A stretch of 64,000 nt of DNA, taken from Candidatus Latescibacterota bacterium. Lineage in GTDB: Bacteria > Latescibacterota > UBA2968 > UBA8231. Positions 28,525-37,213 of the stretch are shown one piece after another. The stretch is taken from positions 1,440,001 through 1,504,000 of the forward strand of contig CBDETK010000013.1 of the NCBI GenBank assembly GCA_965242865.1, in the 5' to 3' direction. How positions within the stretch are numbered: the first letter of the stretch is position 1; every line of letters starts with the position of its first letter. Made by a program: the position numbers and the translations under genes. The notes under the pieces were generated by a model that was not told the DNA's origin, did not search any database, and saw only the letters and a program-made list of their open reading frames with translations.

Positions 28525-29748
28525 TCACGGTCGAGCCATTTCTTGGCGAGAGACCCGGGCGAAGATGCACTTGAGGTAGCGGCCGTCGGGGAAGGCCGGG
28601 TCTATTGGGTGATCGGCGGGGTGCAGGTTGTAGGCGAGGAGGCGGGTGCGGACCCGGGCGCCAGCCGCGGCGCGGCGGACGACTTGGAAAAAGTCCTCTT
28701 GGGAAATCCGCGCCGAGCACGAGGCGGTCACCAACAGCCCGCCATCGGCGATCAGGCGCAAGGCGTTGCGATTGAGTTTGGTATAGACGCCCATGGCCTG
28801 TTTGTGCTGGCTGCGCTTCCGCAGCAGCGACGGGGGATCGCAGACGACGACATCGAAGCGGGGGCCGCGATCGGCCAGTTGTTCTACCAAGGGAAAGACA
28901 TCGGCGATCAACAGGTCGGAGCGGACGCCTTGGGGGCGGTTGGCCGCGAGGGCGCAGCGGGCGGCGGGCACGACTTGGGGCGATATATCGACGTCGAGGG
29001 TGCGGGCGGCCCCGCCTTTGAGGGCGTGGGCGGAAAAGCCGCTCGAATAGGAGAACAGGTTGAGCACGCGCTGGCCGCGGGCGAGTTGCTGGAGATAGAA
29101 GCGGTTGGCGCGTTGGTCGAGAAAGAAGCCGGTCTTTTGGCCGCGATAGAGATCGGCGTACAGGCGCGTGCCGTGCTCTTGGATTTCGACGAATTCGGGC
29201 GGTGCTTGGCCGGCGAGCAGGCCGGTGGGGCGGTCGGCCAACCCCTCGGCGCGGCGAGTGCCCACATCGCTGCGTTCGTACAGGCTGCGGGGAGCGAGCC
29301 GGGATTGGAGCGCGTCGAGGATGACGGAGCGTTGTTTTTCCATGCCGGCCGTGTGGAATTGCACCACTAGGTAGCCGGCGTAGGAGTCGGCGATGAGCCC
29401 GGGCAGGCCGTCGCTTTCGCCGTGGACTAGGCGCAGGGCGTTGGTGTGGGCTGCTAGGCCGGCGCGGTCGCGGAGGGCAATGGCTTGGGCGATGCGCTCG
29501 GCAAAGAAGGCCGCGTCGATGGGGCGGCTGGGGTCTTGGGTGAGGCTGCGCACCCGGATCAGCGAGCGCCGATTGTAAAACCCGCGACAGACGAACCGCT
29601 CTTGCGCGTCAAAGACATCGACGATGTCGCCGGTGTCGGCGTCCCGAGGGGGTCGGGCGACCGCACCGGAAAAGACCCAGGGGTGGCCGTTGCGCACGGT
29701 GCGCTCGCTGTTGGGGCGCAGGTAAAGAGGGGGATAGTGAGGGGCCAT
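28525..29748 (-). CDS. RlmI/RlmK-like class I SAM-dependent rRNA methyltransferase
   Basis: GHPWVFSG (PUA), ESDGLPGL, GQKTGFFLDQR, LNLFSYS.GF, DPPS. Confidence 0.9.
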   Translation of the reverse strand: MAPHYPPLYLRPNSERTVRNGHPWVFSGAVARPPRDADTGDIVDVFDAQERFVCRGFYNRRSLIRVRSLTQDPSRPIDAAFFAERIAQAIALRDRAGLAAHTNALRLVHGESDGLPGLIADSYAGYLVVQFHTAGMEKQRSVILDALQSRLAPRSLYERSDVGTRRAEGLADRPTGLLAGQAPPEFVEIQEHGTRLYADLYRGQKTGFFLDQRANRFYLQQLARGQRVLNLFSYSSGFSAHALKGGAARTLDVDISPQVVPAARCALAANRPQGVRSDLLIADVFPLVEQLADRGPRFDVVVCDPPSLLRKRSQHKQAMGVYTKLNRNALRLIADGGLLVTASCSARISQEDFFQVVRRAAAGARVRTRLLAYNLHPADHPIDPAFPDGRYLKCIFARVSRQEMARP

Positions 29749-29784
29749 GCTCTTTTTCGACCTTGAGCAATGCACTTCGCCGGC

Positions 29785-30510
29785 CTAATCCCAGCTCGGG
29801 CTCGGGGTCTGAAGCGGGGCGTCGATCCAGAGAAAGCGCCCGTTGATGTCGCTCTCGAGGATGTCGAGCACGAGTTGGGCTGCCTTCTCCGGCGGATCCC
29901 CCCCCGTTTGCTCCACCCACGCCACCCAGCGGTCGTAGCCGCTTTCGCCGACCGCGCCCGCCTTGGCGCGGATATCCGCCCACATCGCGGTCTTGACGTC
30001 GCCGGGATGGATGACGTTGGCGGTGACGCCCGTTCCCGCTAGCTCGGCCGCGAGGTGTCGGGTGAACTGGTTGAGCGCGACCTTGGCCGTGCCGTAGGCG
30101 CTGTTCAGCCGCCCGGGCGGGTGCAGCGACGCCGCAGACGAAAGGCTCACGATCCGGCCCCAGCCGGCGTCCAGCATGCCGCGTAGGAAGGCGCGGGACA
30201 CGAGATAGGGGCCTACCGAGTCAATCATAAGCGTTTCGATCCATTCCGCTGGATCGCTGTCCTGTACGAGGGCAATCGGGCCGAAGACGCCGGCCGCATT
30301 GACCAAGACGGTGGGCCGGCCGAGCTCGGCTTCGACTGTGGTTTTGAGGCGGTCAACATCGGCCGGATTGGAGACGTCGGCCGCGAATCGCGCTGAGCGG
30401 CGCGCAACCGTTGCGACGGTGAGGCCGCGCGCTTCCAGTGCCTCTGCGATGGCCCGCCCGACGCCGCGACTGGCGCCGGTGACGACCGCGATGTGCCCGG
30501 CGAGGTTCAT
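29785..30510 (-). CDS. SDR family oxidoreductase
   Basis: VTGASRGVG, VNAAG, YGTAK catalytic motif. Confidence 0.9.
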   Translation of the reverse strand: MNLAGHIAVVTGASRGVGRAIAEALEARGLTVATVARRSARFAADVSNPADVDRLKTTVEAELGRPTVLVNAAGVFGPIALVQDSDPAEWIETLMIDSVGPYLVSRAFLRGMLDAGWGRIVSLSSAASLHPPGRLNSAYGTAKVALNQFTRHLAAELAGTGVTANVIHPGDVKTAMWADIRAKAGAVGESGYDRWVAWVEQTGGDPPEKAAQLVLDILESDINGRFLWIDAPLQTPSPSWD

Positions 30511-31307
30511 GGGTTGGCCCCGGACACGATGGGATTGTGCTCGTCGCCCAAGCGTTTCCGCTCGCTGCCCCAGTTGCTGGCGCTGCCGTTCCAGTAGCGG
30601 GTGTCGGCCGGGCTGTACGAGAACAGGTACGACCAGCGCGGCTCGTCCGTGGTGTTGGCCGGGCCGCCGTGGACGGTGTAGCCGTGATGCACGGTGCAGT
30701 CGCCCGGTTGGTAGTGCAAGGGCGGCGAGAGTTCGAGTACGGACGTCAGGTTCGGGAACTGCTTGAGCAGGTCGCCGCGGTCGTCGTTGAACACCGAGCC
30801 GAGCGGTCCTTCGCGGTGGGAGCGGCTGACGAACCGCATGGCGCCCCTCTCGGGTGGGACTTCTGCCAACGCGAGCCAGAACTGGAGCTCGCCGACCCGG
30901 TCGGAGCCGTGCTCGGACGAGTCTTGGTGATAGGTGGACCCGGCTGCGCCGGGGAGCCTTTTTAGGAGGAGATCGATGCGGTAGCGGAGCGGAACATCTA
31001 CGCCCTTGAGCCGCTTCCGGTTGACGAGGCGGGTCGCGTTTTGCGCCATGCGCTCGCTGAACATAAATGAACGAAACGGTTCGGTCTCTTGCTTCCGAGC
31101 GAGGCCGGCGACTGGCTTGCCGGGGCCAACCTCCTCGCGGTTGCGCTCGGCCCACTCTCGCCCGACGCGCAGGAGCTGGGTGGCGAACGCTGGATCGACG
31201 AGCCGCGGCATCATAACCCAGCCGTATTCGTGGTAGAAGGCGACTTCCTCGTCTGTGACCTCTCGGACGATGGCCTCGATCTCGCGCTCGGTCATTGCTC
31301 GTTCCAT
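30507..31307 (-). CDS. Phytanoyl-CoA dioxygenase (PhyH) family protein
   Basis: FYHEYGW, YHQD, FWLAL, HGYTVHGGPAN...RW; GAGGAG RBS. Confidence 0.85.
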   Translation of the reverse strand: MERAMTEREIEAIVREVTDEEVAFYHEYGWVMMPRLVDPAFATQLLRVGREWAERNREEVGPGKPVAGLARKQETEPFRSFMFSERMAQNATRLVNRKRLKGVDVPLRYRIDLLLKRLPGAAGSTYHQDSSEHGSDRVGELQFWLALAEVPPERGAMRFVSRSHREGPLGSVFNDDRGDLLKQFPNLTSVLELSPPLHYQPGDCTVHHGYTVHGGPANTTDEPRWSYLFSYSPADTRYWNGSASNWGSERKRLGDEHNPIVSGANP

Positions 31308-31472
31308 TGTTTGTGCTCCTCGCTGATCTCCGCCGCGACAGTGCGTGCAGAGCAGAACGATAAGAAGCCTTTGCGAAGGGGCTGTCAAGGGAGTTCGCCA
31401 AGGGATGGCGCGAATGTCCGAGCGCAAAGCGTGGGGTGCGTCAACGCGGCAGGCTAGGACGCCGCCGGCTGG

Positions 31473-33533
31473 CTACTTGAGATAGAGCAACCGTCGGGTC
31501 TGCGTTCCGGCGGGGTAGCGCAGGCGCGTGAGATAGATGCCGGCCGCGAGCGCAGCCCCCCGCTGGTCGCGGGCATCCCAAGGGACTTGGTAGAAGCCGG
31601 CGGGTTGGAACTGGTTCACCAGCGTCCGCACGGGCTGGCCTAAGACGTTGTAGATTTCCAGCCGCACCGGGCCGGGCGCGGCGAGACGGTAGGCGATCTG
31701 GGTGTTGGCGTTGAAGGGATTGGGGAAATTGGGGTCTAGGCCGCTGGTGGTTGGTATCGCCGGTGTGGTGCTGGGCGTTGCGACCGAGGTCGGGTGGGGG
31801 ATGTGTAGGGCGATGTCGGTGGGCCCCCAGTCCCACCCTGTACGCATGGATTGGATTTCCTCGACATTGGTGCCATCCAAGTTAGATCGGAAAATACTAG
31901 AATACATTACTGAATCACCGGTGGAGGGCGGCTGGTACAAGGTCGTCCAGTATATCCTTCTTCCAACGGGATCTACGGCGAGTGCTTTTATCGAATGATA
32001 CCAATCAAAAACCTTGAGCCAATCAAGGATGTCGAACTTTTCGGCATGTGAGCCATCCAAGTTGGCGCGGAAAATGGCGAATGCCTCCGACCAGTAAATT
32101 TTGGAACTATCCTCGTCCAAGGCGATCGCGCGAGGGGGCCAGTTGTCCGCTGTTGAGATCTCTTCGACCTGCGAGCCATTGAGGTTAGCCCGTTGGATCG
32201 TTTCCCATTCCGACCAGTAAATTTTGGCACGGCCCCGGTCCAAAGTGATGGCAGATGGACGATCCAACCCGGTGATGATATCCTTGACCTGTGAGCCGTC
32301 TAAGTCTGCCGCCTGAATTTTCCCCGTTCCCGAGTCGGCCCAGTAGATTTTGCGCCCGGCTGTCAGGGCAATGCCCATCGGCTGATCCAACCCGGTTACG
32401 AGAACTTCCATGCCTGAGCCATCGAGATTGGCCCGTAAGATGGAACCCGCTATCGAGTCGCTCCAGTACATTTTGTCTATGTCGAGGGCAATGCCGTGTG
32501 GTCTTCGCACGATTGGATCGAATAGGACTTCGCGGTTTTGTCCGTCCAAGTCCGCTCGCTGAAGCGTCCCTGTCCCCCAGTCGTTCAGCCTCCGACCCTC
32601 TATCTCAGAGTCCGTCCAATATACCTTGCCCCCGTCTAAATCAAGGGCGATGCCTGCTAGCCATCCCGTGAGATGGAGTTGGCCTAAGTCGAAGAAGTGT
32701 TCGGCGTTTTGTCCGTTGAGGTCAGCCCGCTGAATCGTCTGAGTGCCCGGATTGGTCCAGTATAGTTTGCCACCATCCGCATCGAGGAGGATGATTTCTT
32801 GGGGATAGCCATCTGATACCGTGAGGATCTCTTCGGCGTTTTGTCCGTTGAGGTCAGCCCGCTGAATCGTCTGGGCGTCCGGATTGGTCCAGTATAGTTT
32901 GCCGCCGTCCATGTCGAGGGCAATACTATAAGCACTTGTAGAAGCACTTGAGATATATTCTTCATCATAATCATAATCATTGCCGCCGAGATCGGCCCAA
33001 GCGATACCATATCCGTCCGTCCAGTACACTTTGCCTCTGACTAGATCCAGAGCACTGTCTTCTATATAATTCAATCCGTAAAAGAGGATTTCGGCGTTGG
33101 AGCCATCTAGATCGGATCGTTCGACGTTAAAAGTAAAATAGTCCCCTGCGTCACCTCTCGTCGTCCAGTATATTTTGCCTCCGGCCACATCCAGAGTGAT
33201 GTCTATTATCCAAGCCCTTCTTGAGGGATTATATCCTTCCACAAGAGTTTTGGTGTTAGAGCCATCTAGATCGGACCGATGGATGCCATCCACCCCTCTT
33301 TCCGTCCAGTATATCTTCCCCCCTGCTACATCGAGAGCGATTTTGTCTGGCCCTCTCAAATCTGGGATGACGAGTTGTTCGACATTGGCACCATCCAAGC
33401 TAGATCGGTGGATTCCCCACTCCGAATCCGTCCAGTAGATTTTCCCCTCCTCACTCGGCGGCTGTCCGTAGCCGCTTTGCACTCCCAAGATCGACCATGC
33501 CGAGGTGAATGCGGCGGTAATTGAGCGTATCAT
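31473..33533 (-). CDS. Secreted YWTD (LDL-receptor class B) repeat protein with C-terminal FlgD-Ig domain
   Basis: Many IALD..GGK(I/L)YWT....I.R.DLDG repeats; NFPNPFN C-terminus; AGGAGG RBS. Confidence 0.9.
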   Translation of the reverse strand: MIRSITAAFTSAWSILGVQSGYGQPPSEEGKIYWTDSEWGIHRSSLDGANVEQLVIPDLRGPDKIALDVAGGKIYWTERGVDGIHRSDLDGSNTKTLVEGYNPSRRAWIIDITLDVAGGKIYWTTRGDAGDYFTFNVERSDLDGSNAEILFYGLNYIEDSALDLVRGKVYWTDGYGIAWADLGGNDYDYDEEYISSASTSAYSIALDMDGGKLYWTNPDAQTIQRADLNGQNAEEILTVSDGYPQEIILLDADGGKLYWTNPGTQTIQRADLNGQNAEHFFDLGQLHLTGWLAGIALDLDGGKVYWTDSEIEGRRLNDWGTGTLQRADLDGQNREVLFDPIVRRPHGIALDIDKMYWSDSIAGSILRANLDGSGMEVLVTGLDQPMGIALTAGRKIYWADSGTGKIQAADLDGSQVKDIITGLDRPSAITLDRGRAKIYWSEWETIQRANLNGSQVEEISTADNWPPRAIALDEDSSKIYWSEAFAIFRANLDGSHAEKFDILDWLKVFDWYHSIKALAVDPVGRRIYWTTLYQPPSTGDSVMYSSIFRSNLDGTNVEEIQSMRTGWDWGPTDIALHIPHPTSVATPSTTPAIPTTSGLDPNFPNPFNANTQIAYRLAAPGPVRLEIYNVLGQPVRTLVNQFQPAGFYQVPWDARDQRGAALAAGIYLTRLRYPAGTQTRRLLYLK

Positions 33534-33709
33534 CGAATACCTCCTCTGGTGCTAGTGTTTTACAATCCGAACTCCGCGATAGCCAACAGGACGCATCCGT
33601 TTTTATTGGGCTGCATACCATGTCCCTGCCCCAGCAGATTGAACGCGGCCATGGCGAATAGACCACGGTCAACATACTAGCACCATTGGCTAATATAGCG
33701 GATTGTAGG

Positions 33710-35002
33710 TCAGCGTCTATGCGCCAGCATGGCCACGCGGTGCCAACCCCAGCCGAGCAAGAGCAGCCCCAACCCACTAAGCCAGATTGTGCGCTCGACA
33801 AAAAACGCCAGTCCCAAGCAGGCGACTAGGCCCACGATGGCTATCCAGCGCGGGTAGAGCCGCTGGGCGGCGGGCAAGCACAGGGCGCAGAAGTTGGTGA
33901 TGGCGTAATAGACCAAAATGGAGAAGGCGCTAAAGGACCAAGTGGTTTCGACGTTGCCCACGAGGACTAGCCCGGCGATGGCCAGCCCGACGACCACCAC
34001 GGCCCTAGCGGGCGTAGTCTGGCCTCGATTGAGGCGGGCCAGCGCCCGGGGCATATCCCCGCGGCGGCCCATGGCCAGCAGGACCCGCGACAGGCCGAGG
34101 ATTAGGTTGAGCAGCACCCCAGCCATGGCGGTGATCGCCCCTAAGGCCAAGAGCCAAGAGAGGCCGGGGGCGTCAAAGGTCTGGGCGATGACCTTTAGGG
34201 GCGCGGCCTCGTCCACGGTGGCCGCGTAGAACGCCTCCGACCCTACGGCCGCTAGGGCCACCGCCCCAACGCCGAGGTAGAGCAGCATGGCGATGAGCAG
34301 CGCGGCGACGATGGCGCGGGGGATCGTCTTGTGGGGCTGGCGCACTTCTTCGCCCAGCGTGGCGATGCGCCCGTACCCCGTATAAGCCACGAACATCAAG
34401 GCACTCGCTTGCAGCAGGGCTAACCCGCCATCGTCCCTTGCGAAAGGGGTTAGATGCAGGCGGTGCAGTGCGCTGGGCGCACCGGCCACGATAAAGGCCA
34501 GCAGCGAGCCGAGCGTCGCGGCGACGATCGCGATGTTGACCTTGTTGGTGCGGTCCATGCCCAAGAGGGCGACGAGCGTGAGCACCAGCACGGCCGCCAA
34601 GGCGACCGGGGTGATCGAGGCGGCCCAATCTAGGGCGTTGAGCAGGTAGCCGGAAAGGCCCAGCGCGGCGGTGGCCGCGGTCGCGCTCTTGGCGCAGAGG
34701 AACATCCACCCGGCCGTAAAGCCGAGGGCGGGCCAAGCGTACTCATAGCCGTATTGGTACGTGCCACCGCTGAGCGGATGACTGGCGGCTAGCTGGGCAC
34801 TCGACAGGCCGTTGCAGAGGGCGACCAGCGCGGCGATGGCAATGGCGACCAAGACGGCCGGTCCAGCAATGCCCGCGCCGATGCCAATGCTGACAAAGAC
34901 GCCGGTGCCGACGATCGATCCCAAGCCGAGGGCGACGGTGCCGACCAACCCCAGCTCGGGTCGCAGGCGTTCGGAGGGAACGGGTGGAGGCGAGGAGGTC
35001 AT
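33710..35002 (-). CDS. APC family amino acid permease
   Basis: GLGSIVGTGVF, SGGTY.Y, FVAYTGY..IATLGEEV..P.KTIPRAI. Confidence 0.9.
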   Translation of the reverse strand: MTSSPPPVPSERLRPELGLVGTVALGLGSIVGTGVFVSIGIGAGIAGPAVLVAIAIAALVALCNGLSSAQLAASHPLSGGTYQYGYEYAWPALGFTAGWMFLCAKSATAATAALGLSGYLLNALDWAASITPVALAAVLVLTLVALLGMDRTNKVNIAIVAATLGSLLAFIVAGAPSALHRLHLTPFARDDGGLALLQASALMFVAYTGYGRIATLGEEVRQPHKTIPRAIVAALLIAMLLYLGVGAVALAAVGSEAFYAATVDEAAPLKVIAQTFDAPGLSWLLALGAITAMAGVLLNLILGLSRVLLAMGRRGDMPRALARLNRGQTTPARAVVVVGLAIAGLVLVGNVETTWSFSAFSILVYYAITNFCALCLPAAQRLYPRWIAIVGLVACLGLAFFVERTIWLSGLGLLLLGWGWHRVAMLAHRR

Positions 35003-35137
35003 GCGACAAATATAGCCCGGCCGGGCACTCGCGTCTCGTCAGGCTGTCCGGCCGCGCCTTGAATGCGGGCCTAAATCCCTATATTCTTTTATACCCTATC
35101 ACTGAGCGCAGTGCTCATTAACTACGAGGAGGAAATC

Positions 35138-35680
35138 ATGATCCGAATGATGTCGTTTATCTTGGTTGCGCTGGGGCTGTTGGCCGGCGTCGAAAAAGCC
35201 GCGGCGGCGGCCAGAGACGTAGTCGACCGAGAGACGCTGAAAATGTTCGTGCTCGAAGCGAAGAGCGCGCTGGAGTCGGCGCAAGATGCGGAAGAGCGGG
35301 TGGCGATTCTGGAGAGCTTCAGGACCGAAGAATGGCTACAGGGGCCGATTTACCTATTCATCACCGGGTACGACGGCACCAGCTTCTTTCACGGCGCCCA
35401 ACCAGAGCGCGTGGGCACCAACAACATCGACCTAGAGGACAGCAACGGCGTCAAGGTGACGCAGCAGAATATCGCAGCGGCGCAAGCCGGGGGCGGCTTT
35501 GTGGAATATCTCTGGGACAATCCCGCGATAGAGGGCGAAGACGAATCCCCCAAGGTGAGCTACGTGGCTCCCATCGAGATCGGGGGGACCTCCTATTACA
35601 TTGGGGCTGGGTTGTATATTGCGCCGGAGCCGACGAGTGTCGCGCCCATTTCGTGGGGGCGGCTGAAAGCGCGGCTGTAA
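35138..35680 (+). CDS. Secreted single-Cache-domain protein, copy 1
   Basis: GAGGAGG RBS; signal peptide; YLFI...DG...FH...P...G.N..D.EDSNG...GGGF.EY.W.NP...PKVSYV (sCache_2-like); SWGRLKARL tail. Confidence 0.82.
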   Translation: MIRMMSFILVALGLLAGVEKAAAAARDVVDRETLKMFVLEAKSALESAQDAEERVAILESFRTEEWLQGPIYLFITGYDGTSFFHGAQPERVGTNNIDLEDSNGVKVTQQNIAAAQAGGGFVEYLWDNPAIEGEDESPKVSYVAPIEIGGTSYYIGAGLYIAPEPTSVAPISWGRLKARL

Positions 35681-35683
35681 CCC

Positions 35684-35710
35684 GTGAGCATCGTCGTCCT
35701 CGACTTTGGC
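35684..35710 (+). pseudogene. Duplicated first 27 bp of guaA
   Basis: GTGAGCATCGTCGTCCTCGACTTTGGC identical to 37214-37240, in the same position after a Cache gene stop. Confidence 0.85.
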
Positions 35711-35720
35711 TGTCGTCTTA

Positions 35721-35856
35721 GAGGCGGTCTGAAAATCCCCCTTGGGGCAGGTTGAACAAGCCGTAGAGCCGGGCTCCGTCATTCCCGTGAAAACGGGAAT
35801 CCAGCCGGGACCGTTTGGACGCAAGGGACGTCAGAGTTTGCAGAGCAGACAGCCTC
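35721..35856. mobile_element. MITE with 11-bp imperfect terminal inverted repeats and TTA direct repeats
   Basis: TTA|GAGGCGGTCTG ... CAGACAGCCTC|TTA; internal ATTCCC-N8-GGGAAT. Confidence 0.65.
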
Positions 35857-35859
35857 TTA

Positions 35860-36006
35860 GAAGCGTTCTTAAAACTAGGGTTTCGGTCTCTGATTCGGCT
35901 TGGTCCTTTGCTGGATTCCCGCCCCGTGTCGGAGCACGGGGTGACGTTCTTGCGCGGGAATGACCGTACGAGTCGTCATGCAAGACTAGAGTTTTAAGAA
36001 CGCTTC
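35860..36006. mobile_element. MITE with perfect 16-bp terminal inverted repeats
   Basis: GAAGCGTTCTTAAAAC ... GTTTTAAGAACGCTTC, flanked by TTA and TAA; internal GGATTCCCGC...GCGGGAATGAC. Confidence 0.7.
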
Positions 36007-36094
36007 TAAGGACGCGAAAAGACGCTGTGCGGGCTTAAAATACAATCTATCACTGAGCGCAGTGCTCATTAACTACAATTACGAGGAGGAAATC

Positions 36095-36637
36095 ATGATC
36101 CGCATGGGGTCGTTTGTGTTGGTTGCGCTGGGGCTGTTGGCCGGTGTCGAAAAAGCCGCGGCGGCGGCCAGAGACGTAGTCGATCGAGAGACGCTGAAGA
36201 TGTTCGTGCTCGAAGCGAAGAGCGTGCTGGAGTCGGCGCAAGATGCAGAAGAGCGGGCGGCCATTCTGGAGAGCTTTAGGACCGAAGAATGGAGACAGGG
36301 GCCGATTTACCTGTTCATCTCTGGGTACGACGGCACCAGCTTCTTTCACGGTGCCCAACCAGAGCGCGAGGGCACTAATAATATCGACTACGAGGACAGC
36401 AACGGCGTCAACATAGCGCGGCAGAATATCGCAACGGCGCAAGCTGGGGGCGGGTTTTCGGAATATCTTTTGGATAATCCCGCGATAGAAGGGGAAGACG
36501 AATCCCCTAAGGTGAGCTACGTGGCTCCCATCGAGATTGAGGGGACATCCTACTACATTGGGGCTGGGTTGTATATCGCGCCGGAGCCGACGAGTGTCTC
36601 GCCCATTTCGTGGGGGCGGCTAAAAGCGCGGCTGTAA
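36095..36637 (+). CDS. Secreted single-Cache-domain protein, copy 2
   Basis: Near-identical paralogue of 35138-35680. Confidence 0.82.
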   Translation: MIRMGSFVLVALGLLAGVEKAAAAARDVVDRETLKMFVLEAKSVLESAQDAEERAAILESFRTEEWRQGPIYLFISGYDGTSFFHGAQPEREGTNNIDYEDSNGVNIARQNIATAQAGGGFSEYLLDNPAIEGEDESPKVSYVAPIEIEGTSYYIGAGLYIAPEPTSVSPISWGRLKARL

Positions 36638-36667
36638 CCTTTTAACTACAACTGCGAGGAGGAAACC

Positions 36668-37210
36668 ATGATCCGAATGGGGTCGTTTGTGTTGGTTGCG
36701 CTAGGGCTGTTGGCCGGTGTCGAAAAAGCCGCGGCGGCGGCCAGAGACGTAGTCGACCGAGAGACGCTGAAGAGGTTCGTGCTCGAAGCGAAGAGCGCGC
36801 TGGAGTCGGCGCAAGATGCAGAAGAGCGGGCGGCCATTCTGGCGAGCTTTAGGACCGAAGAATGGAGACAAGGGCCGATTTATCTGTTCATCTCCGGGTA
36901 CGACGGCACCAGCTTCTTTCACGGCGCCCAACCAGAGCGCGAGGGCACTAATAATATCGACTACGAGGACAGCAACGGCGTCAACATAGCGCGGCAGAAT
37001 ATCGCAACGGCGCAAGCTGGGGGCGGGTTTTCGGAATATCTTTTGGATAATCCCGCGATAGAAGGGGAAGACGAATCCCCTAAGGTGAGCTACGTGGCTC
37101 CCATCGAGATTGAGGGGACATCCTATTACATTGGGGCTGGGTTGTATATTGCGCCGGAGCCGACGAGTGTCGCGCCCATTTCGTGGGGTCGGCTGAAAGC
37201 GCGGCTGTAA
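36668..37210 (+). CDS. Secreted single-Cache-domain protein, copy 3
   Basis: Near-identical paralogue of copy 2. Confidence 0.82.
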   Translation: MIRMGSFVLVALGLLAGVEKAAAAARDVVDRETLKRFVLEAKSALESAQDAEERAAILASFRTEEWRQGPIYLFISGYDGTSFFHGAQPEREGTNNIDYEDSNGVNIARQNIATAQAGGGFSEYLLDNPAIEGEDESPKVSYVAPIEIEGTSYYIGAGLYIAPEPTSVAPISWGRLKARL

Positions 37211-37213
37211 CCC

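Noticed and set aside
29785-31401. 538-aa ORF as a long SDR fusion
   Set aside because: The Arg-rich N-terminal part is an alternative frame of the PhyH gene; the SDR starts at 30510.
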